Positions 11,942-24,082 of a stretch of DNA of 64,000 nucleotides are shown here, in pieces; the stretch's first letter is position 1, and each line of letters starts with the position of its first letter. The position numbers and the translations under genes are program-made. The notes below the pieces were generated by a model. The model made no database searches. It was not told the DNA's origin and worked only from the letters and a program-made list of their open reading frames with translations. This DNA is from Coniocarpon cinnabarinum. Taxonomy: Eukaryota. The stretch is taken from positions 124,001-188,000 of the forward strand of contig JAVECO010000015.1 of NCBI GenBank assembly GCA_051942205.1, given 5' to 3'.

Positions 11942-13439
11942 GGTCGGAGGATGGGGGAGCTCGTAGGAATATCCCAAAAAGCTCGCGTAAGTACGGACCT
12001 TTTGCAGCATTCGCGTGTGAAGATGGGGCCTAAACTCAATCTGTAAATAGTGTCAGAGAGCCCCGCAAGGCGTAGCGTTCCAGACAGCGCAGACACTAGA
12101 GACAGAGTAGGTAAGCGCATATCCACAATAACTGCCGCTTCGTGCAGCCACTTGCGTTTCATGCAAGGGGGATTGCGTCCCGTTCCTTAGTCCGCGCCTT
12201 TGGATCTGTCAGCCACTTTCTCGGCTCCAGTGCGAACGAGCGAACCGGACGAGAAGCATACGGAGCAGCAACATGTTGCTGCGGACGCCTGAGAGTTATC
12301 CTGCGAGCAGGATGACGGGGCTCTTCAGGGTCCAACATTTCTCACCCTAAGAACACGCCTCCGCTGGCCCCGCCATTCACACAGCATTGTTCACATGCTG
12401 ACTCTACTTGTGCCTCTGAAAACAAGCAAAGTCAGCCAGGGCGTCTCTCTGTGATGCCCCCACATCGCTGCAAGACCAGACCGATGACTTCCTTCAGAGT
12501 CTTGCTCCATGGAGAGGTGACCGGCTCGCTACGATAAGAAGGTTGTGTTCGGCTCCAGATGGAGCAAGAACTTCCCATTAAATGGCCGTGTTAGTCAGGC
12601 ACGGCCGCGTGAATGAAAGCACTTGGCTATTTTTGTACGGAGTTTCGATAATGTTGTTCGCCCCGAGCGCTGGGCTGGCCCGCCTCCAGGAATGTCTCAC
12701 GCCTGGATTCCTCTTTCCATGTGGTGCCTGGCCCCAAAGACTGCATATGTCTTTGCGGTCTTATCATCGCCCGAGTGGCGCGTACCTCACGATGGTCAGC
12801 GCTCGTCGCAAGTTGATACATCAGCGACAGCTGTCTTGCCCTACGAAAGGGGCCCCAGGGTCTATGAATTGACTGCTTGCGGTTGATCCTCTGCGCTTAA
12901 GGTGCGCTGCCGCGCTTCGCCGCGCGTTGGTTGCCGTGTTTCGAGTCGTGGACCCTCCATTCAGAGGAAGACCCTTGGCCGGAGATGCTGCCGCAATGTC
13001 CCTGCGTGCGTTCGAGGAAGATTTTGGGGCACTGTTTGAGGGTGAGAGAATGGTCAGCTAGTATCCAGATTGAGACATGAGGTTGCACCAACGCAGTGCC
13101 ACGAAAGCTTCGCCCCACACCCCTCCTCCGTTCAGACCCACTCACCCAGAGTCCAGGACCTTCTCTCGCCACGCCTGGGAATCAGCCCGTGCCTTGCTGC
13201 GCATCATATTTCAATACGAATACCCCGTACTCCTGCACACTTGCTGGAAGATCTCCTGAACTATACGCTCATCTTGCAGATCCTTTCCACTGGCTCAACA
13301 CCTTCATTGCGTAGCTGAGCCGGTGTAAAGGATCGTCTCCTCTTCTCTGAACGTCTCTATCCATACACTGCTGCCTTGCTTCGATTTCTCTTCTGCACAC
13401 GCTCGTTCCAGGTCCAGATGGGCTGTCCATTCATTAAGC

Positions 13440-16400
13440 ATGCCACGCCATTCCGACAGTCCCATCGGCCTGGTCCTACTCGCTCTGGTCCTGCTGGCTA
13501 ACATCCCCCTGCTTGCTACTGCACAGGAAGCTCAGCAGAAGCGTCCGCTGCAAGAATCATTCGCTTCGGCTTCTCCTCTGGGGAAGAGTACTCACTTTGA
13601 AACCAACGACAATGAGAACATTAACAACATTGGAAAACAAGACAACTACAATGACAATGTGTATAACAGTCACGATGTGCGCGCCATAGCTACAACTTTG
13701 GCTCCAGCTGCCCCTGAGCAAAAGGGTGCGGCTGTTCGAGCACCTCTTGCGAAACGACCTGTAGGGGCCACTGGCGGCCTCTCGCGACTCACGGCGCGGT
13801 CTCTGCAAGATTGGGATGTTGAGGACGTTGTCCTTTTGGCGACTGTCGATGGAAGAATACACGCTCACGAACGTTTATCTGGCACTCCCATTTGGGAGCT
13901 TGAAGCCGACAAACCCGTGATCGAAACCACATACCATGATAGAATACGCTCGATTAACGGAACATCTTCTATTACGGACGATATTTTATGGATTGTTGAA
14001 CCTAGCCAGGATGGAGCTTTATACGGCTACGTTCCCGGAGTCTCAACCAGCATCATGAACCTCGGCTTAAGTGTCAAGGACTTGCATGAGAACACTCCAT
14101 TCGTATCGGAAGAGCCTCCTATCAGGTATTTGGTCGATAGAAAAACGTGGCTTTATACCATTGACATATCCAATGGCAACATTCAGAAAATGTTCACCGC
14201 CGGCGGCTCGGCTGTCGTTGACGAAAACAGCTGCCGCAAAGTCAGTGGCTTGGAGCATCTGGACGACGATGCATGCCCAGTCACTGGCTCACTTACACTC
14301 GGACGGACAGAGTACAATGTTCAGATTTCAAGCACTGTTACATCCGAGTTGATCTGCACCATCAGATACTTCGAATGGGGTCCCAACCAGCGAGATCGCG
14401 ACCTTATCAGTCAGTATGCGAGCACGAAGGACAATCGTTACGTATACACACGGCCGAATGGAGAGGTCGTTGCTTCGCACCTATTGCAAGGGAATGAGCA
14501 TGGCATGTCTGTACATCACAAGCCGTTCTACAAGCATAGATTTCCTGCGCCAGTTGTTCAAGTTTTTGACGTTGCACGACCTTCGGACGATGAATCTCCC
14601 AACGCTCCGCTGATTGTCTTGCCGCAACCTTCCGCTCCTATGTTTATCGGTCATCCCGAATATGGCGCCTTAGATCGCGTCTTTGTTAATTGTACTGAAG
14701 GTGGTAGCTGGTACGCTCTGTCTGAGTATCATTATCCAATGGTCACTCAAGGTGTGTCGGACGCACCTTGCTTGAGCGGGAAGTTTCACCACAGCATGGT
14801 CGAGCTCAGAAACAAGTCTGATCCAGTGTTTCGCATGGCCTTGGCTGGTGTTCATGACCTTGGCTTGGTTGGTCACGGCTCTCACGAGGTTACCATTCCT
14901 CTAATCGGAGGCCCTCCTGAGGAACCATTGATTGCTGCACCACCAGAGGACCCACCGCTTATTGGACTCGCCAATGTGGAAAGTATCGGTGGCCGCCTGG
15001 CAACTTTTTGGAGTTCTAGACGTGTGTCAGCGATTGTCCTGCTTTGCATCGCGATAATCAGTGCTATGGCATGGCCCCGCATTCAGCAGACTTATCTTGC
15101 TTCAAAAGAGGATGTGAAAATTCCAGCCGCTACGCAACCAATACCTGTCCCAAATCCGCAGCCTGACACTGCTGACGCGGACGTGCCAATAGTTGAGTCA
15201 ACTCCAGCCCTCGGGATCTCGATACCAGAACGTCCAAGACATCGGCCTCGGGCGTCAACCACAACGAGCTTGACCACCAACTCGGATAGCAATAGCGATC
15301 GTGCTGAATCGCGAAGACCTTTATATCGGAGGTCGGAAACCGCAGAAACATTTCGTCCTGAGCTTCAGAGGCCAGGACTGCAGCGAGCAGAAACAGCTCT
15401 CCGGGCTGACGAGATCAAGTCATCGTCGCCCAAGAAGAAAAAGGCTCACCGTGGCAATCGTGGTGGCAGGGCGCAGAAAGAAAGAGAAAAGGCCAAAGCC
15501 AAGTCTCGCTCCAGCAGTCTTGATCCATTGGACACCGGCAGAAAGCCTGAGCAAGAGCTTACCATTCAACCGGACGTCATCAGCAAGCATGCGCCTAATT
15601 TGGGGGATAGTCATGGTCTACGCAACCTGCACGTCCACTTTGATCGCATTTTAGGCAGCGGAAGCGGCGGGACGTTCGTGTTTGAGGGCACATTCGAGAA
15701 CAGAGACGTGGCAGTCAAGAGGATGCTCCGACAGCAATACGAGTTGGCATCACAAGAGGTCTCCCTGCTCGAGCAAAATGACGAGCACATCAATGTCATT
15801 CGGTACTTCTGCCGGCGCGAGGATGAGAACTTCCTTTACATTGCTTTGGAGCTATGCCAGGCAAGTCTGTGGGACTTGTTCAGAGATGGGCGAGGTGGCG
15901 TCAGTGATCCCGTCGAAGAAAAGCATTTGGCTCTGCGCGACGAGATCTTGCAAGATCCCAGGCGCGCGTTGAGACAGCTAGCCGAAGGGCTGGGCTATCT
16001 TCATGGGTTCCGCATCGTCCACCGCGACATCAAACCACAGAACATGCTGGTGGCGTATCCTCGCCGAAGCAATCTGAAGAGCTATCCCCGACTCGTCATT
16101 TCTGATTTTGGGCTCTGCAAGACTCTACCTGAGAACGTCAGCACCCTCTTGAGCGCCACAGGCAATGCTGGCACTGCCGGCTGGATGGCTCCTGAGCTTA
16201 TCTCGCAACCGGGCGATATCAGCGCCCCTGGCTCGGCTCACAACACTCGCACCAACGATCCTAACCAAGCGACCATCAACGCCAACGGTCAGCAACCCAG
16301 CGGCAAAGTCAAACGCGCGATCGACATCTTTTCTCTTGGCTGCGTCTTCTTCTACGTCCTCACCCAAGGTCAACATCCCTTTGACGATGAAGAAGGCTGG

Positions 16401-17087
16401 ATGGCCCTCCGCGAACGCAACATTAAGATCGGACGCGCTCGCAACATGAAAGCCCTCGAGATGCTGGGCCCAGACACTGTCGATCTGGTGACCTGGATGC
16501 TGCATCACGACCCCGAACAACGTCCCACGGCGGCACAAGTCCTGGCGCACCCCTTCTTCTGGGACGCCGAAGATCGCCTCGAATTCCTGTCCGCTGCATC
16601 TGATCGCTTCGATCAAGAATCGCGCGATGGCACAAGCACTGTACTCCGAGGCGTCGAGTCCTACGCCGACGCCGTCATCCCCAAAGTCGTGCCGAGCTCG
16701 CATGCCCTCTCGGCGACGCATTCCCATCTGCGCACACCATCACCTCGAGAAATGCAATCGACAATGCATCTACCAATCCCTGAATGCAATTTCCTAGCTC
16801 AGTTGGATAAGCGCTTCATCGACACACTGGGTCGACAACGGAAGTACGACCCCGCGAAGCTGACAGATCTGCTCCGAGCGCTCCGAAACAAGTTCCATCA
16901 TTGGGATGACATGCCCGAGGATGTCAAAGCCAAGGTGGGAGAGGTGCCAGAGGGGTACCTCGCTTTTTGGGAGAACCGCTTCCCGTGTTTGGTGGTCAAA
17001 GTTTGGAGAGCTGTTGGGGAATTGGGATTAGGTGGGGAGAGGAGGTTTGGTCGGTGGTTTAATAGTAAGGGGAATGTGGTTGGGTAG
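13440..17087 (+). CDS. IRE1: Ser/Thr kinase/endoribonuclease Ire1 (UPR sensor)
   Basis: Signal peptide, luminal LLATVDG, TM helix, kinase (LGSGSGGT, VAVKR, HRDIKPQN, SDFG), KEN RNase LLRALRNKFHHW. Confidence 0.97.
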   Translation: MPRHSDSPIGLVLLALVLLANIPLLATAQEAQQKRPLQESFASASPLGKSTHFETNDNENINNIGKQDNYNDNVYNSHDVRAIATTLAPAAPEQKGAAVRAPLAKRPVGATGGLSRLTARSLQDWDVEDVVLLATVDGRIHAHERLSGTPIWELEADKPVIETTYHDRIRSINGTSSITDDILWIVEPSQDGALYGYVPGVSTSIMNLGLSVKDLHENTPFVSEEPPIRYLVDRKTWLYTIDISNGNIQKMFTAGGSAVVDENSCRKVSGLEHLDDDACPVTGSLTLGRTEYNVQISSTVTSELICTIRYFEWGPNQRDRDLISQYASTKDNRYVYTRPNGEVVASHLLQGNEHGMSVHHKPFYKHRFPAPVVQVFDVARPSDDESPNAPLIVLPQPSAPMFIGHPEYGALDRVFVNCTEGGSWYALSEYHYPMVTQGVSDAPCLSGKFHHSMVELRNKSDPVFRMALAGVHDLGLVGHGSHEVTIPLIGGPPEEPLIAAPPEDPPLIGLANVESIGGRLATFWSSRRVSAIVLLCIAIISAMAWPRIQQTYLASKEDVKIPAATQPIPVPNPQPDTADADVPIVESTPALGISIPERPRHRPRASTTTSLTTNSDSNSDRAESRRPLYRRSETAETFRPELQRPGLQRAETALRADEIKSSSPKKKKAHRGNRGGRAQKEREKAKAKSRSSSLDPLDTGRKPEQELTIQPDVISKHAPNLGDSHGLRNLHVHFDRILGSGSGGTFVFEGTFENRDVAVKRMLRQQYELASQEVSLLEQNDEHINVIRYFCRREDENFLYIALELCQASLWDLFRDGRGGVSDPVEEKHLALRDEILQDPRRALRQLAEGLGYLHGFRIVHRDIKPQNMLVAYPRRSNLKSYPRLVISDFGLCKTLPENVSTLLSATGNAGTAGWMAPELISQPGDISAPGSAHNTRTNDPNQATINANGQQPSGKVKRAIDIFSLGCVFFYVLTQGQHPFDDEEGWMALRERNIKIGRARNMKALEMLGPDTVDLVTWMLHHDPEQRPTAAQVLAHPFFWDAEDRLEFLSAASDRFDQESRDGTSTVLRGVESYADAVIPKVVPSSHALSATHSHLRTPSPREMQSTMHLPIPECNFLAQLDKRFIDTLGRQRKYDPAKLTDLLRALRNKFHHWDDMPEDVKAKVGEVPEGYLAFWENRFPCLVVKVWRAVGELGLGGERRFGRWFNSKGNVVG

Positions 17088-17899
17088 GCTGGAAGCTGGC
17101 TACCGATGATATTTCACTGAAATCTCGGAGAGAGCTTGTGGAGCTCAAATATGAAAGTATTTTAGCGTTTGGATATTCGAACTGATTAATAATAATGTCA
17201 ATATGAGTCTACACATCTGCGTTCTTCAAGACCATGTAAAGTCTTCATGCTTTCAAAACGTAAAAGCCACTACGAATGAAGCAAAGACAAACTAGTAATT
17301 TTCCTGCACCAACACAAAGCCCCCGTATCTTATCGAGAACTTAACATCTCGAAAAGCAAAGCACAATGCTGAGAACGTTACAAGAAAGGACGCGGTATTC
17401 CCAAGAGGCGATCCTCCTGCAGGTCCCCGTCAAGTAGCCAATCCACGAACGATACATTTCTCAGACGAGGAATGATGAAGTCGAGGAATGCAAGCGACTT
17501 GGGCCATGCTATGATATCGAGCGTGAACTATCAGAGAACAGGGGCTTGTTGCTTCTGTTAGCCTCAGATGCAGCTCCAAAACCTTTGAAGCTGAATATGG
17601 AATTTCTTCTGGAATTTCTTCGCTACAATGACCCCACGGCGACCGCGTTTTAGCTAGATTTTCGCGACAATCGTATGTCTTTGTCTTCCCAGAAGGGTAG
17701 AATCTCGGAACTCGACGCGCTCTTGGTTTGTGTCGGATGCCTTTTCTTTGTGATTGCGATGCTCCAAGTCGACGCGTGCTGAGACCTTGTAGCGCCATGT
17801 CACTCTTCTCATCGCGATGAGATCCGTACGAATTGAGGACTGTCTTTTGCTTAGCACCAGCACTATCACCGCTGGAAGCACATCCAGTGGCGTCCCCGT

Positions 17900-18940
17900 T
17901 CAGCCACCCTTGCGACCCCCTCTGGCCTGATTCTTCCTCTCCCTCCTCGCCTGCCTCCTCATTCCCTCCTTTCGCTCCTCTCTCCCCAATTTCCTCTTGT
18001 CGCCCTCATCCCCGCTCTCTTCCTTCTTCTCATCAACCTCCACCAACCACTGTCCGTCCGCCTTCTTTCCGGGAGCTCTCATCCCATATCGTGGCCGCCA
18101 CTCCTTCGTCTCCTCATCAAACACCCTCCCTTCTCGCTTCTTATTCTTAATCCCCTTCTTCTCGGCGAAGCGCTGCCATTTCGTCTTCTCCTTGCGCTCG
18201 GGTATGCGCTTCTCCCGCGGGAGATGAAACTGGGGTGCTGGTAGAGTCATTAACACGCCGGATCCGCTGGCCGTTTCGTTGCGGGAGGTCGAGGTCGAGG
18301 AGGTGGTCGTGATGGGACAGGTTGTCAGCAGGGTGTTGAGAAGGCTTTGAGCGGCGTCCCTGGCCACAGCGGAGATGACGCTTTCGCGCGCGCCCGGGTT
18401 AGATGAGGAGGGGAGAGGGGGTAGGGGATTGGGATCGGAGATGAGGAGGTGGCCTGCGTCGGGGACGTAAGGGGTGGGTTTTTGAGGATTGAGCAGGAAG
18501 GTAGGCGTGGGCTGTGCAGACGTAGTAGACGTTTTATCGTCGGTGGTGGGTATGAGGGAGGGCGAGATACGGACGCCTCCGTCGTGAGCTTCCATGGCGT
18601 CTTCTTCTGGCTCATCATCATCGTCAGATAGGCCGGAGAATCCATCTGCGTCCTCATCGGCATCTGAGTCGTCTGGATCAGACTGCAACAACACTCCTTC
18701 GTCGTCGTCGTCGTCGTCTTCATCATCTACAGACTCGTCGCCGTTGACTTCAGCGCCCATGACAGACGGTGCTTCATTCATCACGTCATCGGCTACATCC
18801 ACCATCTCGGCTTCGTGAGCCGCATCGGCATCGCCATTCATTTGCGATTTTGAGGTCCGTCTTTGGGGGTTTTTGGTGGGGGTTTTGGTAAAAACGGCGG
18901 CAGTGGTGGCAGGCTGCTCAATATCCATCGCATCTGCCAT
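17900..18940 (-). CDS. RRS1: Ribosome biogenesis regulatory protein Rrs1 with acidic N-terminal extension
   Basis: KPTPY..DAGHLL..DPNP, ARDAAQSLLN, LPREK..P...KTKWQRFAEKKGI, WRPRYG motifs. Confidence 0.88.
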   Translation of the reverse strand: MADAMDIEQPATTAAVFTKTPTKNPQRRTSKSQMNGDADAAHEAEMVDVADDVMNEAPSVMGAEVNGDESVDDEDDDDDDEGVLLQSDPDDSDADEDADGFSGLSDDDDEPEEDAMEAHDGGVRISPSLIPTTDDKTSTTSAQPTPTFLLNPQKPTPYVPDAGHLLISDPNPLPPLPSSSNPGARESVISAVARDAAQSLLNTLLTTCPITTTSSTSTSRNETASGSGVLMTLPAPQFHLPREKRIPERKEKTKWQRFAEKKGIKNKKREGRVFDEETKEWRPRYGMRAPGKKADGQWLVEVDEKKEESGDEGDKRKLGREERKEGMRRQARRERKNQARGGRKGG

Positions 18941-19603
18941 TTTCTTTTCCCCCTCTTTCTCACGTCTTTACTCAAGCATGCGAACGGCAATCGAGCGGAC
19001 AGGGACAGTCAATTTGATTAATTTTGAAAGGCGCTGCGAAACACGTAACGCAAAGAGGGAAATTTTACCCGACTTGGCGGGCTCCGGCAGGGTGAATTTT
19101 ACACGAAACCCCTGTTATGAGGCTCAAAATCAATGTCGTGTAAGATTTCCCAAGGCCACACGAGGGCTATGTCGATTGCAAAAGCCTCGTTTCTGCACCC
19201 AGATCATCAGTAACACGAGCTCGTTGAAACAGGGTATCAAATTAGAGGTCAGGGTCCTGGATGATATATTTAGTTGTCGGCAGGGTGGGATAGGAGCTTT
19301 CGCAACACCGTGTTTCACTCACTACTGTGTTCTTGGCCCAGTAATATACAAGAGTCAAACGCGAGTCAACTTTGCAGATACGCAAATCGGATTCGATTTC
19401 GTCAATCTAAAGTATTTGATCCTTGGATCAAAGCAAGTCTATGAAAGTCATTACACCAGGATATCGCGTGAGCTCATACACATTTTCCACAACTCGTTAC
19501 AATCGCCCTTGCTGGTTGACAAAAGAAAACCGGGAAAACGCCGGTGGCTATGCGACACGCCTCGCAATGCTGACAAACCCCGACGCGAAGGCCAGACATC
19601 CAA

Positions 19604-21222
19604 TTAATCGCCGAACTCGATCATGACGGAGCCGTTGCGCAACCCAGCCGAGGCGATGGTTTTGCCGTCCTTGACAGCGTCGATGAGATCTGTTCCCAAG
19701 AACGTGAGTTGAAACTCTTTGCCGGCCGTTTCGGGGATGGGGTCCGCTTTGAGCCACTCGTAAATGCGTTCCACGGGCTCAGCGATGTCGAAGCGATGAA
19801 TGACACGGCCGCCAGAATGGCGAAATTGGATGCGTGTCTGATTTGGGGCCCTCTCCTCAGGCTCGGTATGAGGATTGAAGCTCGAAATGCGGTCGAACCG
19901 TGACATTGTCTGGTAAGTTGCATAGCCTTGGATGTCATTTCCCTTAGGCGGGGCCGCAGGACGTGTAAGGTCATCCGGGTCTTGGTCCTTTGGAACTGGT
20001 CCTTCTTCACGTGTGCCCATGCTGTTCTGCATGGCGAGTTGCAGCTGCTCTTCCTCGGTCAGCTTGTCGAGATCTTTCTCCTTCTTACGCTCGGATTTTC
20101 TCATGGCGACCGGATTACGAGCATCTGCCTTCATACTGTAACGGTCCAAGAATTCATGCACTTGCATGAGGAAGTCCTGTTTCGTGGGACCGGGAGAACC
20201 GCTCCACAGCTTGAGCTGCTCGCCGGTGCGAGGGTCGAGGATGGCAATATGAGGGTAGGCATCGTCGTTCTCGTGATCGTGAAAGTAGAAGCGAATGTAT
20301 TCCTCGCAACTCTGGTCTACCTTCGTCCACTGCTTGAATATAAAATTTTCCTTGATTGTCGCTCGCACTTGGGTGTCTGACCAGATATCTCGATTCAATT
20401 TCTGGCAGTCGAATATTCCTGCGTGTTGGACATTGACCAAGAGCCACTTCTCCAGCTCTTTGCCTTGGGCACGCACACCATCCCATGTACGAGCGGGAGA
20501 GATCAGCTCGAACGGGGGCCGAAACATGGCAGCAAGGGTGCGATACTTGTCGGAGCGTGTGGAAGCACCACCGGTGCTCTCATCGAGGATACGATCCTCG
20601 GCCGACTCATCAGACTGGTCCCAGGTGGAAACTGTACTCGGCTCGACATGCTGTTCAAAGATTCCCCTGGCGCCTACACCAACCATCATCAGCCTGCGTG
20701 GTGTGATAAATCTCTTGGAAAAAAAAAAAAAAACTTACGTGGGGCTTGTCCTCGTTGACGTCGGCGGATGTTTTCTAAGATCTCCGTCGAATCGAGACCT
20801 CGTCCTGGAACATATCCTGCGGTAGAGCCAACAGGGTCCGCCATTCTCTCGGCCGTTCGAGCCAAGGGTGCTCGGACTCCTGTCTCGGGATCGACCTCAT
20901 CCTGTGGACGGAGACGAGAACCCGGACGATTGACATCTGCAGGGCCCAATTCATTCTGCAAGCGACGCGCCATGGCTTCGTCGTCTTCCATCTGCCCAGC
21001 TGCGGGTGCCGCAGATGCTGAGCTGCGGTCGGAAATGGGATCATCGTGAGAGAGGGCCTCAGCAGAACCGAGGTCCTTGCCATCATTCTCAAACCAGAGC
21101 GCAAGAGCTTGATCCGTGGTGTCGGTGACTTGAAGGTACTGTCGTGCTTTGTGCTCCGTGGCGTTCGTGACGCTCATGAAGGTTTGCAGAGCCTCGTCGT
21201 CGGCCATCTGGAGGTTTTCCAT
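19604..21222 (-). CDS. UBX5: UBA-UAS-UIM-UBX domain Cdc48 cofactor (intron 20738-20674)
   Basis: N-terminal UBA-like FMSVT, LAAMFRPPF, FDCQKLNRDIW, YPHIAILDPRTGEQ, LTEEEQLQLAMQNS, C-terminal UBX TRIQFR...GLRNGSVMIE; start may be the second Met (21207). Confidence 0.88.
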
Positions 21223-21992
21223 TGGCTCCTCTTGACAACAATTCCTGACCTAAATACGCGTTGGTACTGTTGAGTCGACTCAATTCCGACGTCAGAAAGC
21301 GTAGGTGAGGTGGTTGAAAGTTGAGTGAGTAGAATTGTCAATGTTTACAATTCGACGGGAGAGTGGTCTCAACGCGTGTGGGTTGAATGTCGGTGTTTAC
21401 AACTCGAAAAGAGGCGCACTCGAAATTGAAAAACCTCCCTGCTGAACAGTCAGAGGGAGTTTGCGAGCGCACCCATCAAGCGCCACAGAAGAACAACATG
21501 CAAGAAGACAAGAAGGGGAGGGCGATGGTGAACGAGCAGAGGACGTGAAAGAACAAGTAAAAGGTGTCAGCCCACAGGGCCATGAGATCATTGCGGGCTG
21601 CCTAGGAAGTGAGGCAGCCGCCTTCCCACGCGTCCCTCGGTCAACAGATTCAAATGTCAGGTGATCCGCTACAGGCAGTGGTGGCACTGTGGGCCCTGTT
21701 GGCGGCCTGAGTGCCTGACAGCGCACCCAGCAGCAATGGTCTGCAATTGTGGAGGCTTATGAAATGCGCAGCAAGACTGCCAGAAGAACAGGGAACAGAC
21801 CGGAGCAGCAGTCACCAAAAATAGTACGACTCGGCAGTTGAGGAGACGGGTGTGTTACATCAAGCTTCGTATGCAATTTCATGCGGCCAGCGGCCAGCGC
21901 CCAGCAGGGGTATCGATCAAACGCTATGCTCGTCATGCGATGCACGCTGCAGCTCTGCTGCCAAGTATAAGCTCCCACAGCTCCCACAGCTC

Positions 21993-23315
21993 CTACCCCT
22001 GCGTCCGTGGCCACTGGCGGATATGCGGATGCTGTGGGTCCCATCCTACGCTGCCAGCCAGCTCCTCCATCAGGCTGCCGGTCCTGAAGCTGATGTGTGG
22101 CCGCTGCTGTTGTGGAATGGACCAGAACATATGGTCCGCAGTGTGTACAGGCGCACTGTGGATGCCCATGGGCATGGGTGTGAAGAGGGGTTGCTGCGGG
22201 GGTATGGCGATGCTGAGGTGGTGATTGTGCGGTTGCGGTTGCGGATATTGTTCGGGCTGCCCTGGTGGTGGCATACTTGTCCTGTATGGTGGATGGTCGT
22301 ACTGATATGGAAGACCGGCCAGGTTCTGTTGTTGTTGCTGCAGGAGTCCAGAGAATTCCGTCGTCAGAGGGGAAATCTCGGACTGCGCGTAGGAGATACT
22401 GGAAGGTGGTTGTGTCCAATCTGGGGCCATCACCGTTGCAGGTTCCGACATTGTGGTCTGTGACTGTGGCGAAGGCGGCTCGGTCTCCTCCAGGTGAGGC
22501 ACGAAGACGGAGCGCGCATCCAGGCTCGGCGCTCGAGGTCTTGCCACCGAGCTCTGTGCTTGGAGAAATTCGGTCGAGTGTCTGCTGGGCAACGAGCGAG
22601 CGCGTCGTTGCTCAGATCCTTGCCACTGACGATATTCCGGTAAGTCGTCAAAGGTGGATCGATCGGTGATGACCCAGAATGAGCCAGGTAGATATGGCGC
22701 AGCCCAGACTTCGCGCTCGGTGTCGTTTGATGTTTGTGAGAATGATGGAGGGAGGGGCGGTGGTGTGCTCAGAAATCCTTCAAGGGATATCCGTGGGGCA
22801 GTCTCTGCATAATCACTGTCAGCTAATTGCGGTGCTTGATCATGGTTGTTGATGGTCGCGCCATCTTTCGAGGAGACCGAAAGTGTTTCTAGGCTTCACA
22901 TTCTCCCTTTGATCCTTTGCTGTGCTGAACGCTCGAATTGAGCGGATGCACTCACCATCCCATGTTGGACAATCTTGGCGCGTGATGCCTTCACGGTCGA
23001 GCTTTTGAAGATCCAGGCCATTGTGCCAGTTAAACCGAATACCATAGTCACACTGACGGCCGACTGCACGACATTTCTGGCATCAGGTCAGCCAATCAGG
23101 TTTTTGCCGAATGAGCTCGAAGGCGAATTACATCGCAGATTGGTCTCCTTTCGTCGCCTGTGAGACAGGTCAACCTTTTGTGTTGCACAGTAATGGGGGT
23201 TTTGCTCACACTTCACCTTGCGTTGGCGACATGTACGACACCCAGTCCTCGACCGTGGCGGTGGTCTTTGTGCGTCTCTGCCGGAGTCATCAGCAGTATG
23301 GCCGGCTCTAGACAT
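21993..23315 (-). CDS. Zn(II)2Cys6 transcription factor, 354 aa (4 exons: 23315-23210, 23157-23132, 23076-22956, 22804-21993)
   Basis: Spliced [35 protein letters not shown] gives a complete six-Cys cluster; intron phases sum to 1065 nt; Gln/Pro-rich C-terminus. Confidence 0.85.
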
Positions 23316-24082
23316 TGAAAGCGTGCCCAGTTGGGCTGATGACGCCGAAAGAAGCAACGGCCGCCGCAGAGGAGGCTATTTAGACGTTGCTACCGGTCAG
23401 GGGCTGCCGAGGGTCGAGAGGAAAAACGAGGCGATCGGGCGTGTGGGTCATCTTTGTAGTGGCAGCTCATTCGTGGGAGGTGTCTTGCTAGCCTGAGCAC
23501 TGGCAGCGAAACAGCAGCACAAGAAAGAAATGGAAGGAAGCTGAAGGGTATATTGGTGGGCTGATCCAATAATACGCTCAACGGTGCAATTACTGGCATG
23601 ATCATGGCTTGCTGAAGCTTCACAAACTACGTGGATAGGTCGAGGTTGCTCGGAGAACTAGGGCGCAGGCCTGCCCTTCATGCAGGAGGCGACGTCAATG
23701 CCACGCGATCGAGTGGTTTGGGCAGACCAAGACGCTCACACAGATGCTGGTCGAGCGATGCACATCCCCACGTGGTGGTATGGGAGGACCCGTGCGCTTA
23801 CCGTGTGCAGCAAGTAAGTTGCATCATACATGTGAGATGTGGTGCCTATACAAGTAGGCAAGGCCAAGAACTAGATCTCGGCGGCCCCAAAGAGGAGAAA
23901 GGGGGACGCGGTGTCAGCCGTGGTGGTTCAAAGCCGCATGGGACATCCCTCTGATCCGCGGAGCTGACGAGCATGGCGCCATGCAGCTTTCACGAGGCAC
24001 GCACGCGGTGTGCCGGCCGTGCTGAGCAGAAGCTGCAGGTCAGGAGCAGCCGGCGACTGCAAGGCTGCTGCAGAATTAAGTA

